Source of the DNA: a bacterium
Lineage (GTDB): Bacteria; Margulisbacteria; Marinamargulisbacteria; GCA-2716485; JAYNIM01
Length of the DNA: 64,000 nt
Reading direction: 5' to 3'
Assembly (NCBI GenBank): GCA_038109055.1
Contig: JAYNIM010000006.1
Span: forward strand, 13,334-77,333
Shown here in pieces: positions 32,206 through 43,324 of the stretch. The first letter of the stretch is position 1. Each line of letters starts with the position of its first letter. The notes beneath the pieces were generated by a model, which searched no databases, was not told where the DNA came from, and was given only the letters and a program-made list of their open reading frames with translations. A program made the translations under genes and the position numbers.

Positions 32206-33062
32206 ATACCTAAACGCAATACCCTCTCTATCCCCTCAAGATCCTTAAAAAAACAAAGATCTACATCCAAATCTAAACGTGTTCTCAACATATTCGCATG
32301 CTTAAAGCCAATTTCAAAAAAAGATGGCCAAGAAAACTTTATCGACAAGTCAATCAAAGGCAACAAGTGATCCAACCCCAGCTGTCCCGACAAAAAAGCC
32401 TCTTTAGGTTCATAAGACCTAATCGATGCTGACACCTCCTGCCATTCATCCTCCGACACATACGGCGGATTACTTAGCAAAACCACATCCTTATCACAGA
32501 TAATTTCAGAAACATCCCCTGCAGAAAAATCAACATCAAAAAAGTTACCATGAACAAAAGTCACCCCCGTTGCTCCTAAATATTTTGCATTTTCACGCGC
32601 AGTCTTAATCGCTAAAGGATTAATATCCCAAGACATCACCTGAATACCTGGAAAACGCAACGCTAATTCAATAGAAATACAACCCGTACCCGCCCCACAC
32701 TCCAATAAACAAAGCCCTGTAACTTCACGAGACCTCAAATACTCACTAATCACCTCGACAAAGACCTCCGTTTCAGGTCGGGGAATCAACACGCCTTGCG
32801 GACAACCATAACGTCGCCCACAAAACTCCTGATGCCCCAACACATACGCCAACGGCTCCCCTTTCAAACGACGTTGCACTAAACGATCCACCTGCAAAAT
32901 GGACGTCTTATCATCAATCGTCTCATGATAAAGACTCAATAATCCTACCTTACCCAAGCAAAAAACCTCTCTGAGTAAATAACTAGCCTCACTCAAAGCT
33001 TCTTGCCCACAAACACCCAACAATTGAGACTCAAGTCTCTTTAAAAGAGTAAAATAGGTCAC
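32202..33062 (-). CDS. prmC: Release factor glutamine methyltransferase
   Basis: GEPLAYVLG, VLIPRPETE, GAGTGCI, SNPPY; follows prfA. Confidence 0.95.
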   Translation of the reverse strand: MTYFTLLKRLESQLLGVCGQEALSEASYLLREVFCLGKVGLLSLYHETIDDKTSILQVDRLVQRRLKGEPLAYVLGHQEFCGRRYGCPQGVLIPRPETEVFVEVISEYLRSREVTGLCLLECGAGTGCISIELALRFPGIQVMSWDINPLAIKTARENAKYLGATGVTFVHGNFFDVDFSAGDVSEIICDKDVVLLSNPPYVSEDEWQEVSASIRSYEPKEAFLSGQLGLDHLLPLIDLSIKFSWPSFFEIGFKHANMLRTRLDLDVDLCFFKDLEGIERVLRLGI

Positions 33063-33066
33063 AAAA

Positions 33067-34122
33067 TTATTTTTCCAAACGTGCTAAACGATCCGCCTTA
33101 ATTAAGGCCTCAATCACCTCACTAAGATTACCTTCAAGAATATCCGACAACGAATACAAGGTTAAATTAATACGATGATCGGTTAAGCGATTCTGCGGAT
33201 AATTATACGTACGAATTTTTTCAGATCGATCCCCCGAACCTACCTGAACTTTACGTGCAGACGCCTCTTGGTTTTGCTGTTTTTGAATCTGCATTTCATA
33301 CAATTTTGATTTTAATACACGCATTGCTTTATCTTTATTCTGAAACTGAGAACGTTCATCCTGACAGGCCACCACAACACCTGATGGAAGATGAGTAATA
33401 CGAATGGCAGAACTGGTTTTATTAACATGCTGTCCCCCTGCTCCACTCGCTCGAAAGGTATCAATACGCAAATCCTTCATATCAATCTCAATATCCACGT
33501 GTTCATCCACCTCAGGAAAAATAACCACAGACGCAGCAGAAGTATGCACACGTCCAGAGGATTCGGTATCAGGAACACGTTGAACACGATGAATACCACT
33601 TTCAAATTTCAAATATCGATAGGCTTGCTGTCCCTGAACAGAAAAAGTAATCTCTCTTAAACCGCCTAAGCCCGTCTCATTTTTATCAATAACATCAATT
33701 TTCCAGCCCTTAGACTCCGAAAAACGCATATACATACGGTAAAGCTCATAGGAAAATAAGGCAGCTTCATCGCCACCAGTACCTGATCTAATTTCAACAA
33801 CCGCAGACTTATCATCATCTGGATCACGAGGAATTAAAAAAATCTGCAATGCCTGTTTTATATCGTCCAATTTCCCTGAAATATCTTTTAACTCTGCTTC
33901 TGCCAATTCCTTCATTTCAGGATCTTTCAACAAAGCAGTAGCCTCTTTTTCTGAGGTCAGTAAGCGATTATATTCATGATATAAATCCACCCCTTCTTTT
34001 AAATACTTATGTTGTTTTAATAGCTCTAAATAGGTCTCTTGCTTAGAAACAACCGCAGGATCACTCAGGCGACGTTGAACATCGTCAAGTTTCTCAACAA
34101 GCGAGTCAAATTTCTCTATCAT
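33067..34122 (-). CDS. prfA: Peptide chain release factor 1
   Basis: VQRVPDTE (PxT), GAGGQHVN, IRTYNYPQ. Confidence 0.97.
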   Translation of the reverse strand: MIEKFDSLVEKLDDVQRRLSDPAVVSKQETYLELLKQHKYLKEGVDLYHEYNRLLTSEKEATALLKDPEMKELAEAELKDISGKLDDIKQALQIFLIPRDPDDDKSAVVEIRSGTGGDEAALFSYELYRMYMRFSESKGWKIDVIDKNETGLGGLREITFSVQGQQAYRYLKFESGIHRVQRVPDTESSGRVHTSAASVVIFPEVDEHVDIEIDMKDLRIDTFRASGAGGQHVNKTSSAIRITHLPSGVVVACQDERSQFQNKDKAMRVLKSKLYEMQIQKQQNQEASARKVQVGSGDRSEKIRTYNYPQNRLTDHRINLTLYSLSDILEGNLSEVIEALIKADRLARLEK

Positions 34123-34131
34123 GAACGATTT

Positions 34132-34383
34132 CTAAGAGGAGAGATTATATTTCTTTCTAAACTTATCTACGCGACCTTCTGTATCAAGAAAACGCTTCTC
34201 GCCTGTAAAGAAAGGATGACAATTTGAACAAATATCCACTCGAAGTTCTTTCATCGTGGATCCAGTTTCAAAAGAAGCCCCACATACACAAGTAGCGACA
34301 ACAGAATAATAGGGTATATCCTTCTTATTAATATTTTTTATATCAAAACGCTTTGAACTAGATTTAGTTTTTGATTTAGCCAT
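34132..34383 (-). CDS. rpmE: 50S ribosomal protein L31 (Zn-binding type)
   Basis: [20 protein letters not shown]. Confidence 0.95.
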   Translation of the reverse strand: MAKSKTKSSSKRFDIKNINKKDIPYYSVVATCVCGASFETGSTMKELRVDICSNCHPFFTGEKRFLDTEGRVDKFRKKYNLSS

Positions 34384-34430
34384 AGTTAAGAAAAAAATTT
34401 ATAGGAAAAACACAATAAAGTCAAGTAAAA

Positions 34431-35270
34431 TCAAAAAACAATCGAGGGTTTAGAAACTGGGCTTGTCCAAAAAAGATCAAACTTCGACGAATAATCTAAC
34501 AAACATTGATAGCTCGTTATGGCAGAATCAAGGTCTTGAAAGGGAATATACAAGGTAGAACCTGATCCAGATAAATAAAAATCTGGCAGAGACAGAGAGT
34601 TCAACAGTGCACAAAGATCACGAAATTCTGATGAATAATCAAACACAGCCGCAAACAAAGAATTATATCCTAAAGGCAACAAAAGAGCAGACGAAAAATC
34701 AGCCCCTAATTGCAACGAATCAAAATACGCATAAATTGCTTTCGTCGACAAGGAAAAAGACGGCAAAATAAGCAAATAAAACACATCCCTATCAAAACAT
34801 GACACAGGTGTGACACGCTCACCAAAACCTTCTACCAAACAATGGTCCCCCTGCAAAAAATAAGCAACATCAGACCCAAATAAATGTGCTAAATCAGCCA
34901 AAGATAAGGCATCATACCCCAATGAATACTGATCATTCAAAAAACGCAAAAATGCTGCCACTTGCGAAGACCCTCCCCCTAAACCAGCACCTATAGGAAT
35001 CTGTTTATACACGTTTATATGAAAGCCACAAGGTAAACGATCCTTTAACTTCTCATACAAACGACACAATACGTTATCCTCATCTACTGGATAATCACGA
35101 TAATTCGACTGTAAAAATAAACGCTTTTCGGGCACCTCTTCAACATATAAATCATCATAAATAGAAAGCGTCTGAAAAATAGACGAAACTTGATGCATCC
35201 CACTAGGACACAACGATGAAACACTTAAATTTAAATTAATTTTCCCATAGGCCCTAATACAAAACATCAT
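34431..35270 (-). CDS. ispE: 4-diphosphocytidyl-2-C-methyl-D-erythritol kinase
   Basis: KINLNL, IPIGAGLGGGSS, GSDV, SGSGST; start placed at MMFCIR. Confidence 0.88.
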   Translation of the reverse strand: MMFCIRAYGKINLNLSVSSLCPSGMHQVSSIFQTLSIYDDLYVEEVPEKRLFLQSNYRDYPVDEDNVLCRLYEKLKDRLPCGFHINVYKQIPIGAGLGGGSSQVAAFLRFLNDQYSLGYDALSLADLAHLFGSDVAYFLQGDHCLVEGFGERVTPVSCFDRDVFYLLILPSFSLSTKAIYAYFDSLQLGADFSSALLLPLGYNSLFAAVFDYSSEFRDLCALLNSLSLPDFYLSGSGSTLYIPFQDLDSAITSYQCLLDYSSKFDLFWTSPVSKPSIVF

Positions 35271-35301
35271 AAAAAAAAGGCTGCTACCTAGGTAACAGCC
35301 T
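35271..35301 (-). terminator. Intrinsic terminator after the PPIase gene
   Basis: AGGCTGTTAC-CTAG-GTAGCAGCCT stem followed by a T-tract on the minus strand. Confidence 0.75.
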
Positions 35302-35326
35302 CCCAAAGAAATCTAACAGAGAATAG

Positions 35327-36193
35327 CTAAACGTCTGTATTTTTTTCAACCTTGTATGTTTCTTTCAACTTCGTTATATAGTCATCCAAACCTTTGCGTT
35401 GCAAATTGGAATACAACAATTTTTCAATCTGACTTTTAACCTCAGCAAAGGTACGGGCTGGTACCAACTCAACGCCATCCAATTTAATAATATGATAACC
35501 AAACTGTGTTTTAACCACCGAAGAAATTTGACCCTCTTTGGTCATAGAAAATACAGTATCCTCAAAACTTTTCTCAAGCTGACCTCTCGTAAACCATCCC
35601 AAACTACCACCCTGCTTTCCAGTAGGATCTAATGAATGTTGAGCAGCTAGTTTTTCAAAAGATGTACCTTTTTTCAATTGGGTCATAAGACGCAAAGCCT
35701 CTTTACGCGTTTTAACCAATATATGACTAGCACTACGCTTTTCATATTTAGCAAATTGAGATGCATTTTGGGTAAAATATGCTTTCACATCTTCAGGCTT
35801 AACAGTAGCCTCTGTACGAACCTTTTGTTTTATAAGCTCTGTAATCATAGTCTGACGCTTCAATAAGTCAAGTTGCTGCTTTGCTTTTTGCAACGTATCC
35901 ATATAAGCCTGTGTTTTATCTATTTCGCTGGTTTTCGCTGACATATAAAGTAACTCTTCATTAATCAACTGGTCCAACATATTGTCGCGTCGCTCCTTCG
36001 TTGAAAACTGAGCCCTAACTTGCTCCGGAAGTTGCTGTAAACGCTGATTAAATAACTCTTCAGTAATAAAATTCTTCCCCACCTTTGCCATCCAACCGTC
36101 TGGCCGAGCTTTCGTCTGCATACAGCCCTGCATAAAAAGCAAGCCCATCATTAAAGAAACAAAAACAACCGATTTAGATTTAAGATAATTCAT
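35327..36193 (-). CDS. Parvulin-type peptidyl-prolyl isomerase lipoprotein (PrsA-like)
   Basis: Lipobox MQGC, ASHILV, GGSLGWF, TQFGYHIIK. Confidence 0.9.
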   Translation of the reverse strand: MNYLKSKSVVFVSLMMGLLFMQGCMQTKARPDGWMAKVGKNFITEELFNQRLQQLPEQVRAQFSTKERRDNMLDQLINEELLYMSAKTSEIDKTQAYMDTLQKAKQQLDLLKRQTMITELIKQKVRTEATVKPEDVKAYFTQNASQFAKYEKRSASHILVKTRKEALRLMTQLKKGTSFEKLAAQHSLDPTGKQGGSLGWFTRGQLEKSFEDTVFSMTKEGQISSVVKTQFGYHIIKLDGVELVPARTFAEVKSQIEKLLYSNLQRKGLDDYITKLKETYKVEKNTDV

Positions 36194-36267
36194 AAAATAG
36201 CCTCCTATACATATCCCCTAATTTTAAACAAAAAAACCACAATAAAGCAATAGCCCCCCCTTTAAAT

Positions 36268-38355
36268 TTAATCAAGCGAAACAGGCAATAAATTAATACG
36301 ATGTTGACGATCTATCTCATTAATCTTAACGCGAAGTGACTGTCCCACAGTCACAACATCTTCAACACGATTTACGCGTTCCTTGGAAAGCTTAGATATA
36401 TGAATCAACCCTTGCTTACCCGGCAAAATTTCAACAAAGGCCCCAAAAGAAGTTGTTTTAACAACGGTACCATCATATTCATCACCTACAACAGCATCTT
36501 TTGTAAAAGCCAAGATCATCGCCTTCGCTTTATCAATACTATCCTGATCACGAGAAGATATCACAACTTTGCCTTTTTCAGAGTCAGAAATAAACACTGT
36601 CGCTTGACTATCCTTTTCAATCCCTTTAATCGTTTTACCGCCTTGACCAATAACCAATCCAACCTTATCCGGATGAATATGAACGGTATCAACTTTAGGT
36701 GCAGTCTTAGATAACTTCGTGTTTGGCTGATCCAGAACAGCATTCATTTTGTCCAAAATATACAAACGCCCTTCTTTCGCCTGAGCTAAAGCAGTACGCA
36801 ATATATCCATAGACAAACCAGCAATTTTAATATCCAATTGCAAAGCTGTAATACCCTCTACTGTCCCGGCTACTTTAAAATCCATATCCCCATAATGATC
36901 TTCCAAGCCCTGAATATCAGACAACACCACATAATCTGACCCATCCATTAACAAGCCCATAGCAATACCAGAAACAGGCGATTTAATCTGTACACCCCCA
37001 TGCAACAAGGCCAAGGAACCTGAGCACACAGACGCCATTGACGAAGACCCATTAGACTCCAAAATTTCAGACACCAAACGAACGGTATAATCAAACTCAG
37101 AAAGATCTGGCAACACAGCTTTTAAAGCCTTCTCGGCCAAAGCTCCATGCCCCAATTCTCTCCTACCAGTTCTCAAAAAGCCTAGTTCACCAACAGAATA
37201 CGGAGGAAAATTATAATGAAAGAAATAACGGCTATTTTCTTGGTCATCAGGACCATCTAAAATCTGAGAATCCATCGTTGTACCCAAGGTTAGAACACCC
37301 AAACTTTGGGTTTCACCACGCGTAAACAAGGCACAACCATGAACACTAGGCAACATCCCTACATCAATAGAAATCGGCCGAATATCCGAAAACCCACGAC
37401 CATCAGGACGACATTTTTCTTGCAAAATAGATTGACGAATTTTTGCTTTTTTTACCTTAGAGAAAATAAATTTAACCTCAAAAATACGATCCTCATCATC
37501 TTCTTGAGCAAATCGTGACACAATATCCTCTTCAAGCTGCCCCAAAAAGGTCTCCGTCGCATGTTTATCCCCACTTCGTAAATTAGATTGAATCTGATCA
37601 CCTACAAAAGTCTCAATTTCTGAAAATAAGGTTTCGTCATAAGAAAACGCCTCATAAACAGTCTTCTCTTTAGAGGCAGACGCTGCAAGTTGTTCCTGCA
37701 AAGCTACAGTTTCCTTAATATAGGCATGGCCTTTTTCAACAGCTTCTAAAATAATATCTTCCGATACTTCTGATGCTTCTGATTCAATCATCAAAATCGC
37801 ATCTTTCGTCCCAGACAAAACCATACGCAACTCAGCATCTACCTGTTGTTCCTGATTCGGATTTAAAAGATATTCACCCTCTTTATAGATCACCAGCGCT
37901 GCACCAACAGGCCCATTAAAGGGAATATCAGAAACAGTCAAAGCTGCAGACGCCGCAATAATACCCAAAAAATCATACGAAACATTTGGGTCATAAGAAA
38001 GCAAGGTCACAATTAACTGAACCTCTCTATTAAAATCATCATTAAATGTTGGCCTAATTGGACGATCTATCAATCTAGAAATAAGCGTTGCCTCTGTACT
38101 TGGGCGAGCTTCACGCTTAAAAAAACCACCAGGAATCTTTCCTGCGGCATACATTTTTTCAACAAATTCAACGGTTAAGGGGAAAAAAGAGGCTTTAGGA
38201 TTATCCTTTTTAGCCATAACAGCCGTTGCCAACAACACACAGTCCCCACAACGAACAACAACCGAACCATTCGCTTGTTTCGCCATAACGCCCGTTTCTA
38301 ATTCAATTTGCATCCCTTGCAAATCTGAAGATTGAACCTTAGATAACGACATCAC
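36268..38355 (-). CDS. pnp: Polyribonucleotide nucleotidyltransferase
   Basis: [38 protein letters not shown] and S1 domains. Confidence 0.97.
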   Translation of the reverse strand: MMSLSKVQSSDLQGMQIELETGVMAKQANGSVVVRCGDCVLLATAVMAKKDNPKASFFPLTVEFVEKMYAAGKIPGGFFKREARPSTEATLISRLIDRPIRPTFNDDFNREVQLIVTLLSYDPNVSYDFLGIIAASAALTVSDIPFNGPVGAALVIYKEGEYLLNPNQEQQVDAELRMVLSGTKDAILMIESEASEVSEDIILEAVEKGHAYIKETVALQEQLAASASKEKTVYEAFSYDETLFSEIETFVGDQIQSNLRSGDKHATETFLGQLEEDIVSRFAQEDDEDRIFEVKFIFSKVKKAKIRQSILQEKCRPDGRGFSDIRPISIDVGMLPSVHGCALFTRGETQSLGVLTLGTTMDSQILDGPDDQENSRYFFHYNFPPYSVGELGFLRTGRRELGHGALAEKALKAVLPDLSEFDYTVRLVSEILESNGSSSMASVCSGSLALLHGGVQIKSPVSGIAMGLLMDGSDYVVLSDIQGLEDHYGDMDFKVAGTVEGITALQLDIKIAGLSMDILRTALAQAKEGRLYILDKMNAVLDQPNTKLSKTAPKVDTVHIHPDKVGLVIGQGGKTIKGIEKDSQATVFISDSEKGKVVISSRDQDSIDKAKAMILAFTKDAVVGDEYDGTVVKTTSFGAFVEILPGKQGLIHISKLSKERVNRVEDVVTVGQSLRVKINEIDRQHRINLLPVSLD

Positions 38356-38356
38356 C

Positions 38357-38632
38357 TTAAACCTTCAACTTTAACTGCTTAGCTAAGGTCTCCAAAGAAG
38401 CAGGATTTTTACGTTTAAGATAATTAACCAAACGACGACGACGACTGACCATAATCAACAACCCACGACGTGTATGATGATCTTTTTTATGCTTTTTTAA
38501 ATGATCAACTAAATAATTAATACGCTTAGTCAAAACAGCAATCTGAACCTCACTAGAGCCGGTATCGGTCTTATGTTTTTGAAACGTTTCTATCACATCT
38601 TTTTTTTGTTCTTCACCAATATACTGAACCAT
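38357..38632 (-). CDS. rpsO: 30S ribosomal protein S15
   Basis: [21 protein letters not shown]. Confidence 0.97.
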   Translation of the reverse strand: MVQYIGEEQKKDVIETFQKHKTDTGSSEVQIAVLTKRINYLVDHLKKHKKDHHTRRGLLIMVSRRRRLVNYLKRKNPASLETLAKQLKLKV

Positions 38633-38905
38633 TTTATGCCTCTTTTTTTATTTTTTATCTTATTTAACAAAGAAACTCTAGCACAAATACAAACAAGTTA
38701 GCAAGCACGGCCCCTCTACGACACAACACATAATCACATAACCGTTAATCCTTCATTCAAACATCATAAAACACCTAAAGATTATCCTGATAGACTCAAC
38801 TCAAACCTATTTCTAATAGGCATCCCTCTAAGATCTATCTACCCTGCCCCCTCCTTATTTTCATTTTGCAGCATCCCCTTTTTTAGGTTAATATAAAGAC
38901 TTGTT

Positions 38906-38978
38906 GCGCCCGTAGCTTAATGGATAGAGCATCTGACTACGGATCAGAAGGTTGGGAGTTCGACTCTCTCCGGGCGTG
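38906..38978 (+). tRNA. tRNA-Arg(ACG), CCA not encoded
   Basis: Acceptor GCGCCCG/CGGGCGT, anticodon arm TCTGA-CTACGGA-TCAGA, T arm GGGAG-TTCGACT-CTCTC; TTGCAG-N17-TAATAT promoter upstream. Confidence 0.96.
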
Positions 38979-38986
38979 CTCTAACT

Positions 38987-39694
38987 TTAACGTAAAAATG
39001 GATTATGCTGCTTTTCACGACCAATAGACGTGTTGGGGCCATGCCCCGATAACACAAGGGTCTGATCAGGCAAGGTGAACAACTGAGACCGAATCGAAGC
39101 CAACAACAACTCGCCATCACCGCCCGGCAAATCACTACGCCCAATACTCCCTCTAAACAAGGTGTCCCCCGCAATTAACAGCGGACCAAAAACAACCTTT
39201 TCTGTCACAAAATCACCCTCAAAGGTCACCTCTTCATCCGCAATAAACAGTACCACATGACCCGGCGAATGACCCGGCACAAAACGCAGTTCCAACGATC
39301 GCCCTGCAAATAAAAAGGGCTCCGTCACATCCAAAAACGCAGTTGGCTCAGGAACATTACGATACTGCTCAGCAGACAACCCACACATCAATGCATAAGG
39401 TTCTATATTATCCGCAATCATTTTATCATCACGATGATAATACAAAGTCGGCTCTGACATTCCGCGCTCAGATACCTGCTCCAACAGGGCCTTCACACCT
39501 CCGGCATGATCAATATGACAATGTGTCAAAAAAAGAGTCTCCAATCTAAGGTCATGTTCACAGACCCAATCCAATATCCGAGGAATCTCATCCCCCGGAT
39601 CAATCACCATTGCCTGTTTAGTGTCAAAATCTGCCACTACTCGTGCATTTTGCTGAAAAGGAGACACCATAAACGTACAAATCGTCAACGCCAT
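38987..39694 (-). CDS. MBL-fold metallo-hydrolase (glyoxalase II/YcbL-like)
   Basis: THCHIDH, PGHSPGH, GDTLF..SIGRSDLPGG, GHG. Confidence 0.9.
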   Translation of the reverse strand: MALTICTFMVSPFQQNARVVADFDTKQAMVIDPGDEIPRILDWVCEHDLRLETLFLTHCHIDHAGGVKALLEQVSERGMSEPTLYYHRDDKMIADNIEPYALMCGLSAEQYRNVPEPTAFLDVTEPFLFAGRSLELRFVPGHSPGHVVLFIADEEVTFEGDFVTEKVVFGPLLIAGDTLFRGSIGRSDLPGGDGELLLASIRSQLFTLPDQTLVLSGHGPNTSIGREKQHNPFLR

Positions 39695-39709
39695 AACATA
39701 TCTAGCTCC

Positions 39710-40171
39710 TCATACACGATCAATAATCGACGAAGAGGAATACCCTTCATAAAAAGATAAACAGCGCACCTCCCCACCATAGGCCGACACCAAAGGGTAC
39801 TCCAACAACGACTGAACTTCATAATCCCCTCCCTTCACATAGACTGGCGGTCGAAGATACTCAAGCAAATCCAAGGGAGTATCTTGTTCAAACACCACTA
39901 CTGCATCCACAGAACGCAAAGCTAACAACACTTCCGCCCTATCTTCCACTGAAAAAAAAGGCCGAGAATTACCTTTCAAACGTTTTACTGATCCATCAGA
40001 ATTAAGAGCGAGTAATAAAAAATCCCCACAGGCACGAGCTTCGTTTAAATACCGCACATGCCCCACATGTAACACATCAAAACAGCCATTGCTAAACACC
40101 ACTTTTTTCGACGACTTCGCCAAGCGATCACAATAAAGCTTTGCCTCATCCCAGGTATATACCTTACTCAT
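39710..40171 (-). CDS. rfaE2: D-glycero-D-manno-heptose 1-phosphate adenylyltransferase (HldC/RfaE domain II)
   Basis: NGCFDVLHVGH, NSDGSVKRLKG..RP, VKGGDY. Confidence 0.9.
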   Translation of the reverse strand: MSKVYTWDEAKLYCDRLAKSSKKVVFSNGCFDVLHVGHVRYLNEARACGDFLLLALNSDGSVKRLKGNSRPFFSVEDRAEVLLALRSVDAVVVFEQDTPLDLLEYLRPPVYVKGGDYEVQSLLEYPLVSAYGGEVRCLSFYEGYSSSSIIDRV

Positions 40172-41156
40172 AGGTCAGCAAGGCCTGCCGCAAATCATCC
40201 GGCGTAGCTACACAAGCACCAAATTTTCCCACAACGACTCCAGCTGCAAGATTCGCTAACACAGCCGCCTTCTCAAAGGAAATACCCATCGCAAGAGCCA
40301 AAGAAAAAAAAGCAACCACAGTATCCCCTGCACCCGTCACATCCGAAATCTCCTGAACGTGGGTCGGAATATCCACCTTCTTACCCGACTGCAACAAGGA
40401 CATACCCTTTTCAGACCGTGTTACTAACAAGGCATCTAAATCACAACGAGCGCACAGATCATTACCCTTTGCTAAAAGTTGTTCCTCTGTTTCAACACAG
40501 CCCCCAACCACAGCAGAAAACTCTGAAAAATTAGGGGTAATAACTGTCGCCCCACAATATTTATCAAAAGAACGTCCCTTCGGATCCACAACAACAGGAA
40601 TAGAACGCATCTTAGCTGCCGCAATAACAGACTGACAAAAAGCCTCCGTTATCACCCCTTTCCCATAATCCGATAAAACCACCACTTCCACCTCGGTCAA
40701 CAATGAATCAACCCTCTCCTGCAACATTCGCTGATCTGTCTCCGAAACCCCATCATTCATATCACGATCAACACGCACAATTTGCTGATTCTGAGAAACA
40801 ATTCGAGATTTCAATATCGTTGAACATGACTTACTAACACACAAATAAGAAGTATCAATCGATTGCTGTTCTAAAACTGCTTTCAAACGAGCGCCAGACC
40901 CATCATTACCATAAACACCCAGCAAAAAAACATCCGCATTTATGGCACGTAAATTACACGCCACATTCGCCGCTCCACCCGGCAAAAGCTTTGTATCAGT
41001 CACCGAACAAATGGGGACTGGCGCCTCTGGAGAGATACGAGTCACATCACAAAAATGATATTCGTCTAACATAATATCCCCCAACAAAAGTACTTTATAA
41101 CCCGAGACCCGTTCCAAAAAATAATCAAGTTGAACCTTCAACGATACAGCATCCAT
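40164..41156 (-). CDS. rfaE1: D-glycero-D-manno-heptose 7-phosphate kinase (HldA/RfaE domain I)
   Basis: GDIMLD, RISPEAPVP, SDYGKG, VDPKG, DVTGAGDT; start placed at MDAVSL. Confidence 0.92.
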   Translation of the reverse strand: MDAVSLKVQLDYFLERVSGYKVLLLGDIMLDEYHFCDVTRISPEAPVPICSVTDTKLLPGGAANVACNLRAINADVFLLGVYGNDGSGARLKAVLEQQSIDTSYLCVSKSCSTILKSRIVSQNQQIVRVDRDMNDGVSETDQRMLQERVDSLLTEVEVVVLSDYGKGVITEAFCQSVIAAAKMRSIPVVVDPKGRSFDKYCGATVITPNFSEFSAVVGGCVETEEQLLAKGNDLCARCDLDALLVTRSEKGMSLLQSGKKVDIPTHVQEISDVTGAGDTVVAFFSLALAMGISFEKAAVLANLAAGVVVGKFGACVATPDDLRQALLTYE

Positions 41157-41311
41157 TGTGTCAAAGTATACTAACAGTCCAAACTGAAATGCAAGGTAAT
41201 AAACACAAAAAAACACCCCCTCATGAAAAATTTCCCCGTAAAACGCACAATATAGGCATTTATCAACAGACCCTTTATACTAAAAAACAAAAAGAACGAA
41301 ATTTTAAAAAA

Positions 41312-42376
41312 ATGAGCATATTATTTATCATCATAGGCAGCGGAATCCTCACATACAGCATCATGATACTTTCCATCCCGATCCTTCAAAAAATATCCGT
41401 AAAATATAACTTTGTCGATACACCAAATGACAGAAAAATACATCACAAACCCATTCCTAACAGCGGTGGAATTGCTATCTACCTGAGTATATTACCTACT
41501 CTTATTTTTCTAGCCATACAAAACCAAAAATTTACCGGCCTTATTATCAGTGCAACCCTTATCACTGGTTTAGGTATCCTCGACGATAAAATAAATCTTA
41601 ATCCAAAACTAAAATTACTAGGCCAATGCCTTTCAACATTAGCTGTATTACACTCAGGTATTCTCATACAATGGATTACAAATCCCTTTGGCGGCGTATT
41701 AATTTTTAATGGGTTAAGCTATCCCATAACCCTACTATGGATCATTGCGGTCATTAATGCATTCAATTTAATAGATGGAATTGATGGCTTAGCAACAGGC
41801 ATCACCTGTATATCCTGCTTTGCATTAGGTATCATCGCTTTTAAAACAAACAACATGCACGCAACACTACTCGCCATTACGTTACTAAGTAGTGCATGTG
41901 GTTTTTTTAAATACAATAAATATCCTGCCAAAATTTTCATGGGAGATAGTGGGGCCATGCTTATTGGCTTGCTATTAGGCTGTATATCCGTCAGCGGCGT
42001 CTTAAAAAGTACCCTTAGTTTATCCTTTTTTTCTCCCTTGCTCATTTTAGCCTTCCCTTTATCCGATACCCTTTATGCCATTTTCCGTCGCTTAAAAAAC
42101 AAACAGAAACTATTTACTGCAGATAAAAAACATCTCCATCATCAGCTCATAAACAAAGGCTTTAATATTCCCCAAATCGTCACTGGAATTTGCTCATTAT
42201 CAGCTATTTTATCTGCCATAGCCATTATCATCACACTCCCCAAAAACATGATGCTCTATGCTAGCTTAGGCCTTATTACCTGTATTAGTATATTAATCAA
42301 ACCCATACGACATAAGTTCAAATCATCAGAAAACCCCTTCTTCAAATTACCCCCGCAACCTCCAGTTATCAATTAA
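41312..42376 (+). CDS. Undecaprenyl-phosphate GlcNAc-1-phosphate transferase (WecA/TagO family)
   Basis: RKIH..PIP..GG, GILDD, NLIDGIDGL, IFMGDSG, HLHH; start placed at MSILF. Confidence 0.9.
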   Translation: MSILFIIIGSGILTYSIMILSIPILQKISVKYNFVDTPNDRKIHHKPIPNSGGIAIYLSILPTLIFLAIQNQKFTGLIISATLITGLGILDDKINLNPKLKLLGQCLSTLAVLHSGILIQWITNPFGGVLIFNGLSYPITLLWIIAVINAFNLIDGIDGLATGITCISCFALGIIAFKTNNMHATLLAITLLSSACGFFKYNKYPAKIFMGDSGAMLIGLLLGCISVSGVLKSTLSLSFFSPLLILAFPLSDTLYAIFRRLKNKQKLFTADKKHLHHQLINKGFNIPQIVTGICSLSAILSAIAIIITLPKNMMLYASLGLITCISILIKPIRHKFKSSENPFFKLPPQPPVIN

Positions 42377-43195
42377 ACGAGTTGTCCCCAAGTATCCCGC
42401 AAATAAAAAACGACCTTCATCATCCAAATCCATCCGAGGACATAAGGTATACGGATCTACAAAATCTAAATAATCAATACGAAACGAACTATGTTTCATC
42501 AAATAATTCCGCATAATTTCTAAACAACGTCCCGCATTCGTATCAGATCCATCAAAAAATTCCTGAGCCAAACAAAACATACGATAAATCAAGGCTGCTT
42601 CTTTTCTTTCAGAAACAGATAAATACTGATTTCGCGAACTTAATGCCAGGCCATCCTCAGCACGAAAGGTCGAACAAAGCACAAGCTCAATATCCAAAAA
42701 CAAGGCCTCACACAAACGTTTAACAACCACACATTGCTGATAATCTTTCTCTCCCATAAATACCCTATTCGGCTGAACCAAATGAAAAAAACGAAGCAAA
42801 ACCGAACACACTCCTGAAAAAAAATGCGGACGTGAAATCCCACAAAACACCGCTCCCAATCTACCCACTGAAACACGCAGCTGTTCAGAAAACTCATCTG
42901 GATAAATATCCTTAACCGAAGGCACAAAAACAACTGCTACTCCCAGCGGTTCCAAAAGAGCCAAATCACGATCCAAATCACGAGGATATGCGTCATAATC
43001 TTCGTCCGGAGCAAACTGACTAGGATTAACAAAAAGACTCACAATAACCACAGCCGATGACGCTACGGCCGCCTTAATCAAGGCCAAATGTCCCTCATGC
43101 AAAGCCCCCATAGTAGGAACAAAAGCTACAGACTGCTCCACAGTCACCCCATGACGATACTGCCTTAAAGCAGATACCGTATCAATAACCTTCAT
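42347..43195 (-). CDS. panC: Pantoate-beta-alanine ligase
   Basis: PTMGALHEGH, FVNPSQF, GEKDYQQ, GLALSSRN, RLIDN. Confidence 0.95.
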   Translation of the reverse strand: MKVIDTVSALRQYRHGVTVEQSVAFVPTMGALHEGHLALIKAAVASSAVVIVSLFVNPSQFAPDEDYDAYPRDLDRDLALLEPLGVAVVFVPSVKDIYPDEFSEQLRVSVGRLGAVFCGISRPHFFSGVCSVLLRFFHLVQPNRVFMGEKDYQQCVVVKRLCEALFLDIELVLCSTFRAEDGLALSSRNQYLSVSERKEAALIYRMFCLAQEFFDGSDTNAGRCLEIMRNYLMKHSSFRIDYLDFVDPYTLCPRMDLDDEGRFLFAGYLGTTRLIDNWRLRG

Positions 43196-43324
43196 ACTAA
43201 AAAGGAAGCCGTGCTAAAACAAACAACATACAAGTCAATATAAACGCAAAGAGTTTAAGCCAGATGTTATGCACAAACAAAGAACTTAAAAAATTAAAAC
43301 TTGATTTAAAAACACTCATAAAAA

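Noticed and set aside
38906..38990. tRNA-Arg as an integration site
   Set aside because: No integrase and no duplicated tRNA 3' end seen in the window
38944..39174. 76-aa minus-strand ORF ending ARPERVELPTF
   Set aside because: Antisense reading of tRNA-Arg plus an alternate frame of the MBL hydrolase gene
41156..41311. Long N-terminal extensions in the ORF track for the WecA-like gene, and likewise rfaE1, actF, actD, oxidase subunit III and XapX
   Set aside because: Longest-ORF artefacts; downstream ATGs fit RBS or promoter positions and family lengths better
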